Source: a virus
Taxonomy: Duplodnaviria > Caudoviricetes
Length of the DNA stretch: 64,000 nt
IMG/VR virus record: IMGVR_UViG_3300030059_001404
Span: 2,826-66,825 of that record
Reading direction: 5' to 3' (one strand)
This document shows, in pieces, positions 16,711-26,700 of the stretch (its first letter is position 1; every line of letters starts with the position of its first letter). Below the pieces are notes generated by a model, which saw only the letters and a list, made by a program, of their open reading frames with translations, did not search any database and was not told the DNA's origin. The position numbers and the translations under genes are program-made.

Positions 16711-17935
16711 AGACTACCAAAAAAACATTATTGAGAGAGGGTCAGATATATTAGATAAAAATAATTTCTTGTACTTAGCTATGGAAGTAAGAACAGGAAA
16801 GACATTGACAAGCCTAGGTATACTAAAAGACCTATGGTGCGAGAATGTATTGTTTATTACTAAAAAGAAAGCAATCAGCAGTATTCAGGATGATTACGAT
16901 ATGTATAAGCCTGGTTATAAACTTACTGTTATAAACTATGAGTCTTTACATAAATTACCTGAGTGGATTATTTACGATGGTATAATTATTGATGAGGCTC
17001 ATGGGTTAGGTGCGTTTCCTAAACCTAGTAAAAGAGCAAAAGACATAAAAGAATTGCTCAGGATCAATCGTAATGCTAGAGTAATTTTAATGAGTGGAAC
17101 TCCTACCCCTGAGTCCTATAGCCAAATGTACCATCAGGTATATGCACTGCCCAATAATCCGTTTAGTTCTAATAAAAACTTTTATTCTTTTTCTAAACAA
17201 TATGTAAATGTTACTCAAAAGAAGCTGAGTAGTTTAGTAGTCAATGATTATAGTGATGGCAAAAAAGAAATAGTAGACTTAATGCAGCCCTATACTATTA
17301 ACTATACCCAAAAACAGGCAGGATTTCTTACTCAAACAACAGAAGAAATATTAAGAGTCGATTCAGATCCTAACACGCTAGACATAATTAAGAAGTTAAA
17401 AAAGAATTTAGTTGTTGAAGGTAAGGATGAAGTGATTCTAGCTGACTCTTCTGTCAAGTTAATGATGAAGCTACATCAGATGTACTCAGGCACTGTAAAG
17501 TTTGAGTCAGGCAACTCAATGGTGTTAAATCATAATAAGGCTAATTATATTAAAACCAAGTTTGCTAATAAAAAGATAGCTATATTTTATAAGTTTAGAG
17601 AAGAACTAAATGCTATCAAGCACGTTTTTGGAGATGATATTTGTGTCGACTTAGATTGTTTTAATTCTACAAATAAGAGTATAGCATTGCAAATTGTAAG
17701 TGGTAGAGAAGGTATAAGTTTAAAAAATGCAGAAGCTTTAATTTATTACAATATTGACTTTAGTGCTACATCTTACTGGCAATCAAGGGATAGGATGACT
17801 ACTAAGGAAAGGAAGTATAATAAAGTATACTGGATATTTTCTAAAGGTGGTATAGAGGACAAAATCTATAAGGCAGTTTTAAAGAAAAAAGACTATACGT
17901 TAAGTCATTTTAAAAGAGATTTATTAGATTTGTAA
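16694..17935 (+). CDS. SF2 (SNF2-like) helicase
   Basis: FRDYQ, MEVRTGKT, IIDEAH, SGTPTP, GREGISL and QSRDR motifs. Confidence 0.88.
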   Translation: MGMEFRDYQKNIIERGSDILDKNNFLYLAMEVRTGKTLTSLGILKDLWCENVLFITKKKAISSIQDDYDMYKPGYKLTVINYESLHKLPEWIIYDGIIIDEAHGLGAFPKPSKRAKDIKELLRINRNARVILMSGTPTPESYSQMYHQVYALPNNPFSSNKNFYSFSKQYVNVTQKKLSSLVVNDYSDGKKEIVDLMQPYTINYTQKQAGFLTQTTEEILRVDSDPNTLDIIKKLKKNLVVEGKDEVILADSSVKLMMKLHQMYSGTVKFESGNSMVLNHNKANYIKTKFANKKIAIFYKFREELNAIKHVFGDDICVDLDCFNSTNKSIALQIVSGREGISLKNAEALIYYNIDFSATSYWQSRDRMTTKERKYNKVYWIFSKGGIEDKIYKAVLKKKDYTLSHFKRDLLDL

Positions 17936-17936
17936 T

Positions 17937-18119
17937 ATGAGGTTTCTGAGATTTTTAGTGATTTGGATAAGTCAGAACTTGGCTATACCTTTTTGGATTG
18001 TAGGCCACATACATTTATCTATTCATAATTATCACGAGTTATTAGAATTAGCCTCATCAATTAGTATGAACATAATTGTGTTTATAGGTTTCATGGAGGA
18101 CTATAAAAAAAACGGATGA
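17937..18119 (+). CDS. Small hydrophobic (membrane) protein
   Basis: ORF track; two hydrophobic stretches. Confidence 0.6.
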   Translation: MRFLRFLVIWISQNLAIPFWIVGHIHLSIHNYHELLELASSISMNIIVFIGFMEDYKKNG

Positions 18120-18355
18120 CTGAACAACAAATACAAAGTAAAAGAATAAAGGAATTAGAAGCTGAAGGCTACTATGTTTTAAAATTAATTAAAACAAACA
18201 AGAATGGTATACCTGATCTTATTGCAATACCACCTAACTGTGGCGTATTGTTTTCAGAAGTTAAAACAAAAACAGGAAAGCTTTCTAAATTACAAGAGTA
18301 CAGATTAAAAGAATTAGACAAACATGGAGTCAAGACAGAAGTATACAAGGGATAG
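18116..18355 (+). CDS. VRR-NUC domain nuclease
   Basis: EQQIQ...GIPDLI...FSEVK...KLSKLQ motif. Confidence 0.85.
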   Translation: MTEQQIQSKRIKELEAEGYYVLKLIKTNKNGIPDLIAIPPNCGVLFSEVKTKTGKLSKLQEYRLKELDKHGVKTEVYKG

Positions 18356-18656
18356 TTATGATATAGATGAGTTCTTTATGGAGAACCTACAAGAAATGGA
18401 GTTTGAACTTAGTGTTACGATTGCTCAGTTTATAGAGGATAATTTAACATACATACCAAGTAATGATTTAGTTTCTTTTGTTGTTGGGGGTTTAGTAATA
18501 TATAAGGACGAGCCTATTGCTTTTGCCTTGGAGTTAGTTAGAACCTTAGGGGCTAACCCTATTCTTTCTGATATAGAATTAATTTCTATTGATGAATACT
18601 TAGACTTTATGAATTTAAATTTATATATAAAATCAAATGAACATAGCAAAGACTAA
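18324..18656 (+). CDS. Acidic hypothetical protein
   Basis: ORF track; start uncertain. Confidence 0.6.
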   Translation: MESRQKYTRDSYDIDEFFMENLQEMEFELSVTIAQFIEDNLTYIPSNDLVSFVVGGLVIYKDEPIAFALELVRTLGANPILSDIELISIDEYLDFMNLNLYIKSNEHSKD

Positions 18657-19077
18657 AGCTTTAAAAGAAATCGTAAGTAAAATACTTGGGGTTGATCCTA
18701 TAATGTTAGTTTCAAAAGATAGAAGGACAGAATTTATTCAGGCTAGAGCTATCTGTTATTGTATTATGAGACAAGAATTAGGAATGTCATATTCTTTTAT
18801 AGGAAAACAATTTGGTAAATGCCACGCTACTGTTATGCACGCTTTAGAAAACTTTCGTCACGAAGTAAAATACGACAAAGCTTTTAATAATAATTACTCC
18901 AAAGCATTAGAGGTTTGGAAGAGTGATTGTCAAGAGTATATTGAATACGATCCAAAAATATTAAAAGAAACAGTCAATAGTTTGGTGGAGTCAAATAAAT
19001 TATTAACTTTGGAATTAGAAGAACTCCAAACAACAATTAAAAATATCAAGGAAACTCTGAATGTCAAAGATTGCTAA
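18637..19077 (+). CDS. Second DnaA domain IV-like HTH protein
   Basis: SKDRRTEFIQARAIC...MSYSFIGKQFGKCHATVMHAL. Confidence 0.8.
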   Translation: MNIAKTKALKEIVSKILGVDPIMLVSKDRRTEFIQARAICYCIMRQELGMSYSFIGKQFGKCHATVMHALENFRHEVKYDKAFNNNYSKALEVWKSDCQEYIEYDPKILKETVNSLVESNKLLTLELEELQTTIKNIKETLNVKDC

Positions 19078-19252
19078 AGAAGATGTAAATGCTATAAGTC
19101 ACATTAATTTTGTGTCTAATAGCATTCATGACTTTGGAAATGACATATACGAGGATCTAATGGATAGAGATCATGAGCAGGCGAAGAAAAAAGCACAAAC
19201 TTTAATTAAAGTTCTTGCAGATTTAATTCAATCCTTATCAGATGAAATCTAA
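19061..19252 (+). CDS. Hypothetical protein
   Basis: ORF track. Confidence 0.65.
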   Translation: MSKIAKEDVNAISHINFVSNSIHDFGNDIYEDLMDRDHEQAKKKAQTLIKVLADLIQSLSDEI

Positions 19253-20351
19253 AATAAAGACAGACGGAAAAGGCTACGGAAAAAGACTAAGACTTTCTCA
19301 CGATGAAGTTGATATTATCCTACAGCGTAGAGCTGATAACCTAGACAACATAAATGACAACACAGCTTTAGACATTCACTTAGAAAACAGGGGGATTAAT
19401 AAAAAAGATGTAGTTAGCGTAAAGCACTGGCAAAGTGGAGGTGGGGATTATAGGTTCTCTATTGTTACCAAAGAAAACTTAAGTCTAGATGAAGACCAGA
19501 TATTTGGTAAAGTAAATGATTTTATTGCAAATTACTCACCAGAATACAAAACAGTTGAAAGAAAGCCAGGCAGTCATTTGTTAGTTATAAATCCTGCTGA
19601 TATACATATTGGTAAGTATGCTAATGAATTAGAAACAAAACAAAAGTATAACTGCGAGATAGCAGTAAAAAGAGTTTTAGAAGGGGTAGCAGGTCTTATA
19701 CATAAAGCTGAAGGCTTTGATATTGAACGTGTATTGTTTTGTATTGGTAATGATATACTACATATAGATAACGTGTATTCTACCACAACTAAAGGAACAT
19801 ATCAAGATACAGATGGTAAGTGGTGGGAGCATTATGAGATAGCTTTGATGTTGTATGTTAGATGTGTGGAGATGTTGCGAGAAATAGCTCCTGTAGACAT
19901 CGTACACAGCATGAGTAATCACGACTATCAGTCAGGGTTTCATTTGGCCCACACTTTAAAGAGTTGGTTTAGAAACGCTAAAGATGTAACTTTTGACATA
20001 AGCGTGGCTCATAGAAAGTATTACAAGTACGGAACTAATTTATTAGGTATAGAGCATGGAGATGGAGCTAAGATGGATAACTTACCATTACTGATGGCTC
20101 AAGAGAATCCTACTGACTGGTCAACGACAACACATAGGTATTGGTACTTACATCATTTGCATCATAAGATAAAGCATAAATGGAGAGATGGAAAAGACTT
20201 TATAGGAGTAACTGTAGAGTATATGAGATCACCATCATCAGCTGATAGCTGGCATTATAGAAAGGGGTTTACTGGCGCACCCTTAGCTTGTGAGGGATTT
20301 ATTCACAGCAAAAAAACAGGTCAAGTTGCTAGATTAACACATTATTTTTAA
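19242..20351 (+). CDS. Calcineurin-like metallophosphoesterase
   Basis: ADIHIG, GNDILH, SNHD, HGD and HHLHH metal-binding motifs. Confidence 0.8.
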   Translation: MKSKIKTDGKGYGKRLRLSHDEVDIILQRRADNLDNINDNTALDIHLENRGINKKDVVSVKHWQSGGGDYRFSIVTKENLSLDEDQIFGKVNDFIANYSPEYKTVERKPGSHLLVINPADIHIGKYANELETKQKYNCEIAVKRVLEGVAGLIHKAEGFDIERVLFCIGNDILHIDNVYSTTTKGTYQDTDGKWWEHYEIALMLYVRCVEMLREIAPVDIVHSMSNHDYQSGFHLAHTLKSWFRNAKDVTFDISVAHRKYYKYGTNLLGIEHGDGAKMDNLPLLMAQENPTDWSTTTHRYWYLHHLHHKIKHKWRDGKDFIGVTVEYMRSPSSADSWHYRKGFTGAPLACEGFIHSKKTGQVARLTHYF

Positions 20352-20515
20352 TGAAAGAATATTTAATAAAATTTACTTTAAAGTCTGGAGATAAAGACTC
20401 TTTAGTATTAAAGACAGAAGACATAGATAAGACTATAGAACAGATTGAAAGAAACAGAGATATAAAATCTTTTGATTTAATTAAAGTAAGAAGGCCTAGA
20501 ATGTTTCATTCTTGA
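20351..20515 (+). CDS. Hypothetical protein (54 aa)
   Basis: Manual translation MKEYLIKFTLKSG...RMFHS; TAATG coupling. Confidence 0.5.
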   Translation: MKEYLIKFTLKSGDKDSLVLKTEDIDKTIEQIERNRDIKSFDLIKVRRPRMFHS

Positions 20516-20757
20516 AGTAACTTAGCCAACTGTTTAACTTCTAAAATTTCTTCACACTTCTCATACTCTTCAAGAGTAATATAGTAATCTATTAAAACAT
20601 CGTAGATGTCATCTGGCATTACTCTTATTTTTTTGTGTGGATTAAACATTAGCACAAGATCTTCTACATCCTCTTCTAATATTTCTTCAAAAGTTTTTCT
20701 GCCTGTTAATATTTGGTAGCTATATTCCATACACAAGTGTTCATTAAAATCTGCCAT
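20506..20757 (-). CDS. Small acidic hypothetical protein
   Basis: ORF track; abuts the stop of the giant gene. Confidence 0.7.
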   Translation of the reverse strand: MADFNEHLCMEYSYQILTGRKTFEEILEEDVEDLVLMFNPHKKIRVMPDDIYDVLIDYYITLEEYEKCEEILEVKQLAKLLQE

Positions 20758-23700
20758 CTAATTATTTTTCTTTTTAGATTTTCTATACTCAGCAGGACTC
20801 ATTGCTCGTTTAGGATTATTTTTCTTTTGAAATTCTCTATATTCAGCAGGACTCATTGATCCTGTGTCATTTTTGTTTTTCTTTTTTAGAAAGGCTTTAA
20901 CTTCATTAGGACTTAAACCTTCTGGAATTGCGTCTTCGTCTGCTTTATTAGCTTTGCTTATTATATATTCACTATAACCTAAATATCTCATCACTCTTTC
21001 TTCGTCAGTCATTGCACTTCCATCATTTAGTCTTAAAACGTGTTGTACTCCTTGCATCCCTTTAGATCCTGGTAACCCTCCTAAATCTAAACCTGTCCCT
21101 AAAAGTTGTAGTAAAGCTGCCTCTTTTAATGGCCCTGGCTTTAATCTTTCATACCTAGCATACTTTTTATTAAATTGAGAAGCTAACTCAAAAATAGGTA
21201 ATCCTTGACCAATATCTTCAGCATAAGCCTTATCTCCAATGTAAAAATCACTAACTCCTTTTACCAAGTCACCAACTATAAACATTGCTCCAATATTTCC
21301 TAAAGCTGCTGATCTAACTAAATCATTAATATCTTCATCATCTAAACCATCATCTTTCATAAGACCAGGAAGCCCCATTGCCATATACTGAAATGTAACT
21401 GGCATTACAGTGTAGTATAACATAAAGTTTCTTAAATTTTGCAAGAAAGATCCCTTACCTGTATCTCGTATTGTCTTATAAATTTCAACAGGACTCTTCC
21501 CTTGGAACATAGCTTTAAATCCAGCTCTTACTTTTCTACCCATTTGTATTTGAGAATACATAGATTTTCTCATATATTGTTTAGGTGTCGTTTTAAACAT
21601 ATTAAGATATCTTAAAGAAGAGTCACCCATTTGATAAATATCTTTATCTTGAATATCAGAGGACTGTTGTGTTTCTTTAGTTGATTTTTGAAACTTTTTT
21701 ATTGCTATATCAATAAGCTCTTGGTCTGTTGCATCTGGATTTGTTTTTTTAGCCTCAGCCTTATAATATAAATAAGTTGGAACTCCGCCCATAAATATTG
21801 CTCCAGCATCTCCAACTTTGGAGAAAAACATATTGAAATCCATTATAAACTGCATATATCCACCAGGCAATAATGTTGTTTCTTTAGTATTTGAATAAGC
21901 CTCTAAAGTATTTTGAAACCCTGCGCTATATCTGTCTTTCATATATGGAGAGTTAGCAAATATTTCTTTAGCTGCTCCTGCAAATCCTTGGCCAAACTTA
22001 CCAAAGGAAACACTGTTTGCAGTCATTAAACCTGCATATTTAAACCAATTTACAAATCCTATATCCCCTACATAAGTAAAAGTAGATAGTAATTGTTTGG
22101 CAGCAATGATTGGAGTTAATGCAATCCTTGTTGATATAAAAAAGTTATTAGCAACAGATATAAGTTTATTAGTCATTGAGCTGTTAATACCTCTAGCTGA
22201 TATTGTATTTACTATTTTATCAATTGTCTCATAGAAAAAATCTCCTTCTTTAGCTGTGATAGCTCCTTTTATTGTGGCGTTACCAAATGCTTTACTTATA
22301 TTGTTTATGTTTTCTCCATAGGCTGCAAACCAATCCATATCAGTTAAGTAAGTACTTAAAGCATTATTACCATTAGTAATCTGTATAGGGTTGTTATGTT
22401 GAACTCTGCTAAACATAGATGCGCTTTTAGTATCACCAGTTTTATAAATATTAGGATTTCCAATTAAACTTACCGCATCATTTTCTATGCCTTCTAAATA
22501 CAATCTTCCACCATAAGTATCATTCCAAGGTAAATCTATGTGGTAAATCTTTTTATATACTTCATTATATCTTTCATATAAAGAAGGATACATTTCGTTT
22601 ACTTGCCAGTCTGCATAAGCTTTTAGCTCAGGAGTCATAGACTCAGTAAGTTTTTGCATAATCCTAGCATGGTCTTTACCAAATAATGGGTTCATAGCAA
22701 AGTTAACATGATTACTTTCATCCTTATATTGATTATACAGATAATAAGTTTCAGCATCACTTAGGGTAAACTGATTTGCATATATAGCATTTCTTAAATC
22801 TTTCTTTGCTCTAAGTTTTTCAAATATTCCTGTAGCATTTTCTACTTCTTTTAATGCTAATTCAATTTCTTTTTGACTGGTATATATACTATTACCTTCA
22901 GCATCTAACCTTCCAATGTTACTAAAAAGTTTGTAGATTTCTTCGACCCCTGCTTTCTTCATCATTCTTCCTAGTCTAGTATCTGCTAGTTTTTTTCTAC
23001 CTGTTACTTCATTCATTTTTCTTAAAGCTTTTCTAGCTTGTTTTCTTTGAACAAAATTAGGTTTAGTAATTCCTAAAAACTTTTTAGTTACAAATAACTC
23101 AACAACTTTATCAAGAATTATTTTTTTGTTATCTTGTTGAAATTGTTTATAAGCATAACTTGACTCATTTATTTTTTCGTATACCAATTCTTGCATTACA
23201 CCTCCAAACAATTCTCCTGGTAAAACATCCAATTTCTCTACTAACAAAGCCAAACCAGAAGTAGAGTTTCTTAAATAACTTATACCTTTAGCTATAGCAG
23301 TATAAACTCTGCTAATTATAAAAAATCTTTTTTGTTTTCTTTCTGTTACTTTTTTAGCATCAGATATTGCTTTATTAGCCAGTTTTAAATTATCATTAAC
23401 AGATAGGTCTAATTTTTTTCCAGTTATAGCTTCATACATGGAATTTACAATATCCATGTGTTGTTGCTGTTGTTGTTTTAATTTTAACTTTAAAGCTGAT
23501 TCCCCACCTAAAAGCATTTCTTCTAAGCTTTCTAGAACAAGATTAAGCTGTCCAACTTTACTAGAATTGTTATTGTCCATTGCAAGAGCATTGTTAATTT
23601 GCATAGCTATTTGAATATCAGCCATTTCTGCTATTAACTTTTCTTGTGATTCAGGAGTAGTTTTTAATTCTTTCCCTAGCTTGTTGAGTTTTTCTTGTAA

Positions 23701-26700
23701 TGCAGCATTAGTATCTGTTACCTTTTCTTTTAACTCAGACAATTCTAATTTAGAGTTTTCATTTACTAAAGTATTATTTACAATGTTTTTAATTCTTGTA
23801 GAAATATCTCCTATTACTTTTAAAGCTTTTACAACACCACCTGACTTTCTTGTGTATTTTTTATTAAGAATACTTTCTATTTGTTTAAAAAGAAACTTAC
23901 TATTTATGGTGTTTATTTTTCTTGTAATTTCCTTTGTAATATCATTTATATCTCTCCCAGGTTTAGCTACATCTCTAATATCTTTTAATAAATTTTGTAC
24001 AGCAGCTGAATCAAATAAAGCGGCAGGTATAGTTTGTTTAACTAAATTTATTAATTGAGTTTGTGTGTAAAAAACTTCTTTTTTAGTTAATACAGGATTT
24101 CCTTTAAACTTTAAATTAAGTCTTGCTTTAGCTGCTTTTATTTTTTGATTAACATTTACTGTTGCTCTTGTAGCCAGGTTACTTAATAGTTGGTCTACTA
24201 ATAAAATTTGTAAATCAGACTGACCTTCTTTTTTTCCTATTGCATCAATATAAGTAGGGTCTGCTTGTAACACTTCAATTGCTAAATCTATTACCTCAGC
24301 TCTAGAAAGCTTAGGGTCTAATAAATCATTTTTTCTTGTTTGTTGTTGTTCAAACTTCAACATAGAATTATTAATTCTATTTAACTTATCTTGATGTGCT
24401 TTTTGTAAAGCAAATAGTTTCTTGTTAGCTCTTTGATCTATCTCAGTTGCACTAAGTGGTTTTTTTAAATTACTTAGTCTTGTTCTTTCTTTGCTTACCT
24501 CTGCTTCTATTTCTACATTAGTTTTTAAATTAGCTTGTTTAACATAAGCTGCTCTTCTATCTTCAGCATTTATAGCTAATTCTTTAGTAGACTTTCTTTT
24601 ATTAGGTTTAGAGTTCTCTATATTCTTCTTTTTAACAAAATCAACAACTTTATTATATAGTTTTGCTCCCTTCTTGTCTCCTAGAACTTTAAATGAAGAT
24701 GGAACTTCAGAACTAATATCTGCATAAAAATCAGCATTTTCTAAAGCAGAAGCTATATCTCCTTTTTTAAAACCTTCAGCATCTAAAGCTATTTTAATTG
24801 CTGCGTCAGAAATCTTATTTTTTCTAGCGTCAATAATAATATCAACAGCTTTATCACTGTCAATTATTTGATATCTAGCTCTAGGATTAAAAAACTTAGG
24901 CTTACCTTGTTTATTTAAACCCTTAGTAAAGTAATAACCAGAAATTTCTCCTCTTCTATAACCCTCTCTAATTTTAGCCTCTGCAATTCCTAATCCAAAT
25001 TCTTTAGCTTGTCTTCTAAGTAATCCTAAGTTGTAAATGTTTGCTGGCATAAACCCACGAGGATTTACATTATAATCATCTATCAACCTATCCAAGCTTA
25101 TTTGATCTCTATCTTGTATTTCTGTAACATTATCTGTATTCAAAGTCACGACTGTTGATGCTGTTCCAAAAGATGGAAACACCGATTTCTCTCTTGACGA
25201 TTCTATTGTTTGTGAAGTTTGTGGGTCTATTGTAACATCTGTCCAACTAACTCTATCTGTAAGTAAATTAACAGTAGCTTTATTTCCTTTGGTTTTAGCT
25301 TTTATACCATAAGCATAAGACTCATGCTGGTCTGTTTTAACAGATTCTACTTGCCCATCAATTTCTAAAATAGCATATATTTCTCCAGTTTTTCTTTTAC
25401 CTTTATTTACACCGCTTTCAACTACATCGTCTTTTAAAACAGGTTCAGTTAACATTTCAGATAAAGCTTGCGTCATATTTGCTGGACTAATACTTAGCTT
25501 ACCTGTTTTGGATTTACCTTTAAAATATTTGTTTTGTATGCCTTCGCTAAATATTTTTCCAAATTGTTCAATGGCTTCTGGACTATTGTTTATTTCGTCA
25601 GAAATATTTTTAATTACATTTGAAACAAATGCTTTTCTTTTTTTGAAACTTATAAAATTATCTTGTTCATCAGGGTTTAAATTTTGAGTTTTTTCGGTAG
25701 TTCCTAGCTTTATTTTTATTTCACTTAAATTACTTTCATAAGTATTATCAAACTCTAAGTTTGTCCCTAATTGTGTGTTAGCAGCTTCAACTACAATATT
25801 TTGTGTAGACTCTTTTCCTAATTTTAAAGTTGTGTTTTCTGACATATAATTAAATATGTCTATTACACCATTTGCCATAGTTGTGCTAGACAATAATTTA
25901 TCAGCTGGTGCAGAAGTTAGTGCCATTAAAACTTTCCCTCCATTAGCTATACTTGCTTCATTTAAGAGCTTAACCATAAGGTCAGCACCCTGCTTACTTC
26001 CTGCCCAAAAACTTCCGTCCTCGTGAAATTTAATTGTATAAAAAACACCTCCCTTTCCTTCTACTAAAACATTTCCTTTTTTATCTAATATAAATCCAGA
26101 ATAAGCTCCATCTGGTTGATGCAATAAAACAGACTGTTTATTAAAATCTTTTATACTTTTTTCCCTATTAATAAATTTATCTTTTTCTAAAATAGCAAAT
26201 TTTCCACTATTAACATCGTAAGAAAATGTCATTCCAGAAACAGGGTCGCTATAATCATTCTGAAACCTATCATTCATTTCTTCTACACTATCTTTTTGGT
26301 CACCCTTTTTAGGAGTTTTAGCTTTAGGTTTCTTTTTAGGTTTTATTTTTACGTCAGCTTTATCGGAAACTTTCTTTTTAGCTTTCTTTTTAGCTTTAGG
26401 TTTCTTTTTAGGTTTCTTTTTAGGCTTTAATTTATTTATAGCATCTTGTTCCGCTTGTAGTTCATTTAATAAACTCATATCACCCTTTTGCATAACTGAA
26501 CCAGATCCAATTTTTCCTGCCATAGCATTTAAAAAAGAAACTACTTTTCTGTCTGTGCTAGTAAGTTCATTTACATATTTACCTAGGCCTATACCTTTCA
26601 TTATTTTATCTAAAAACCTTCTTACTATTCCTTTTTGTTTTATATCTAACCTGCCAAAATTTCCTGCTAGAGTTCCTATAAGTTCGGTGATTTTTTCTTC

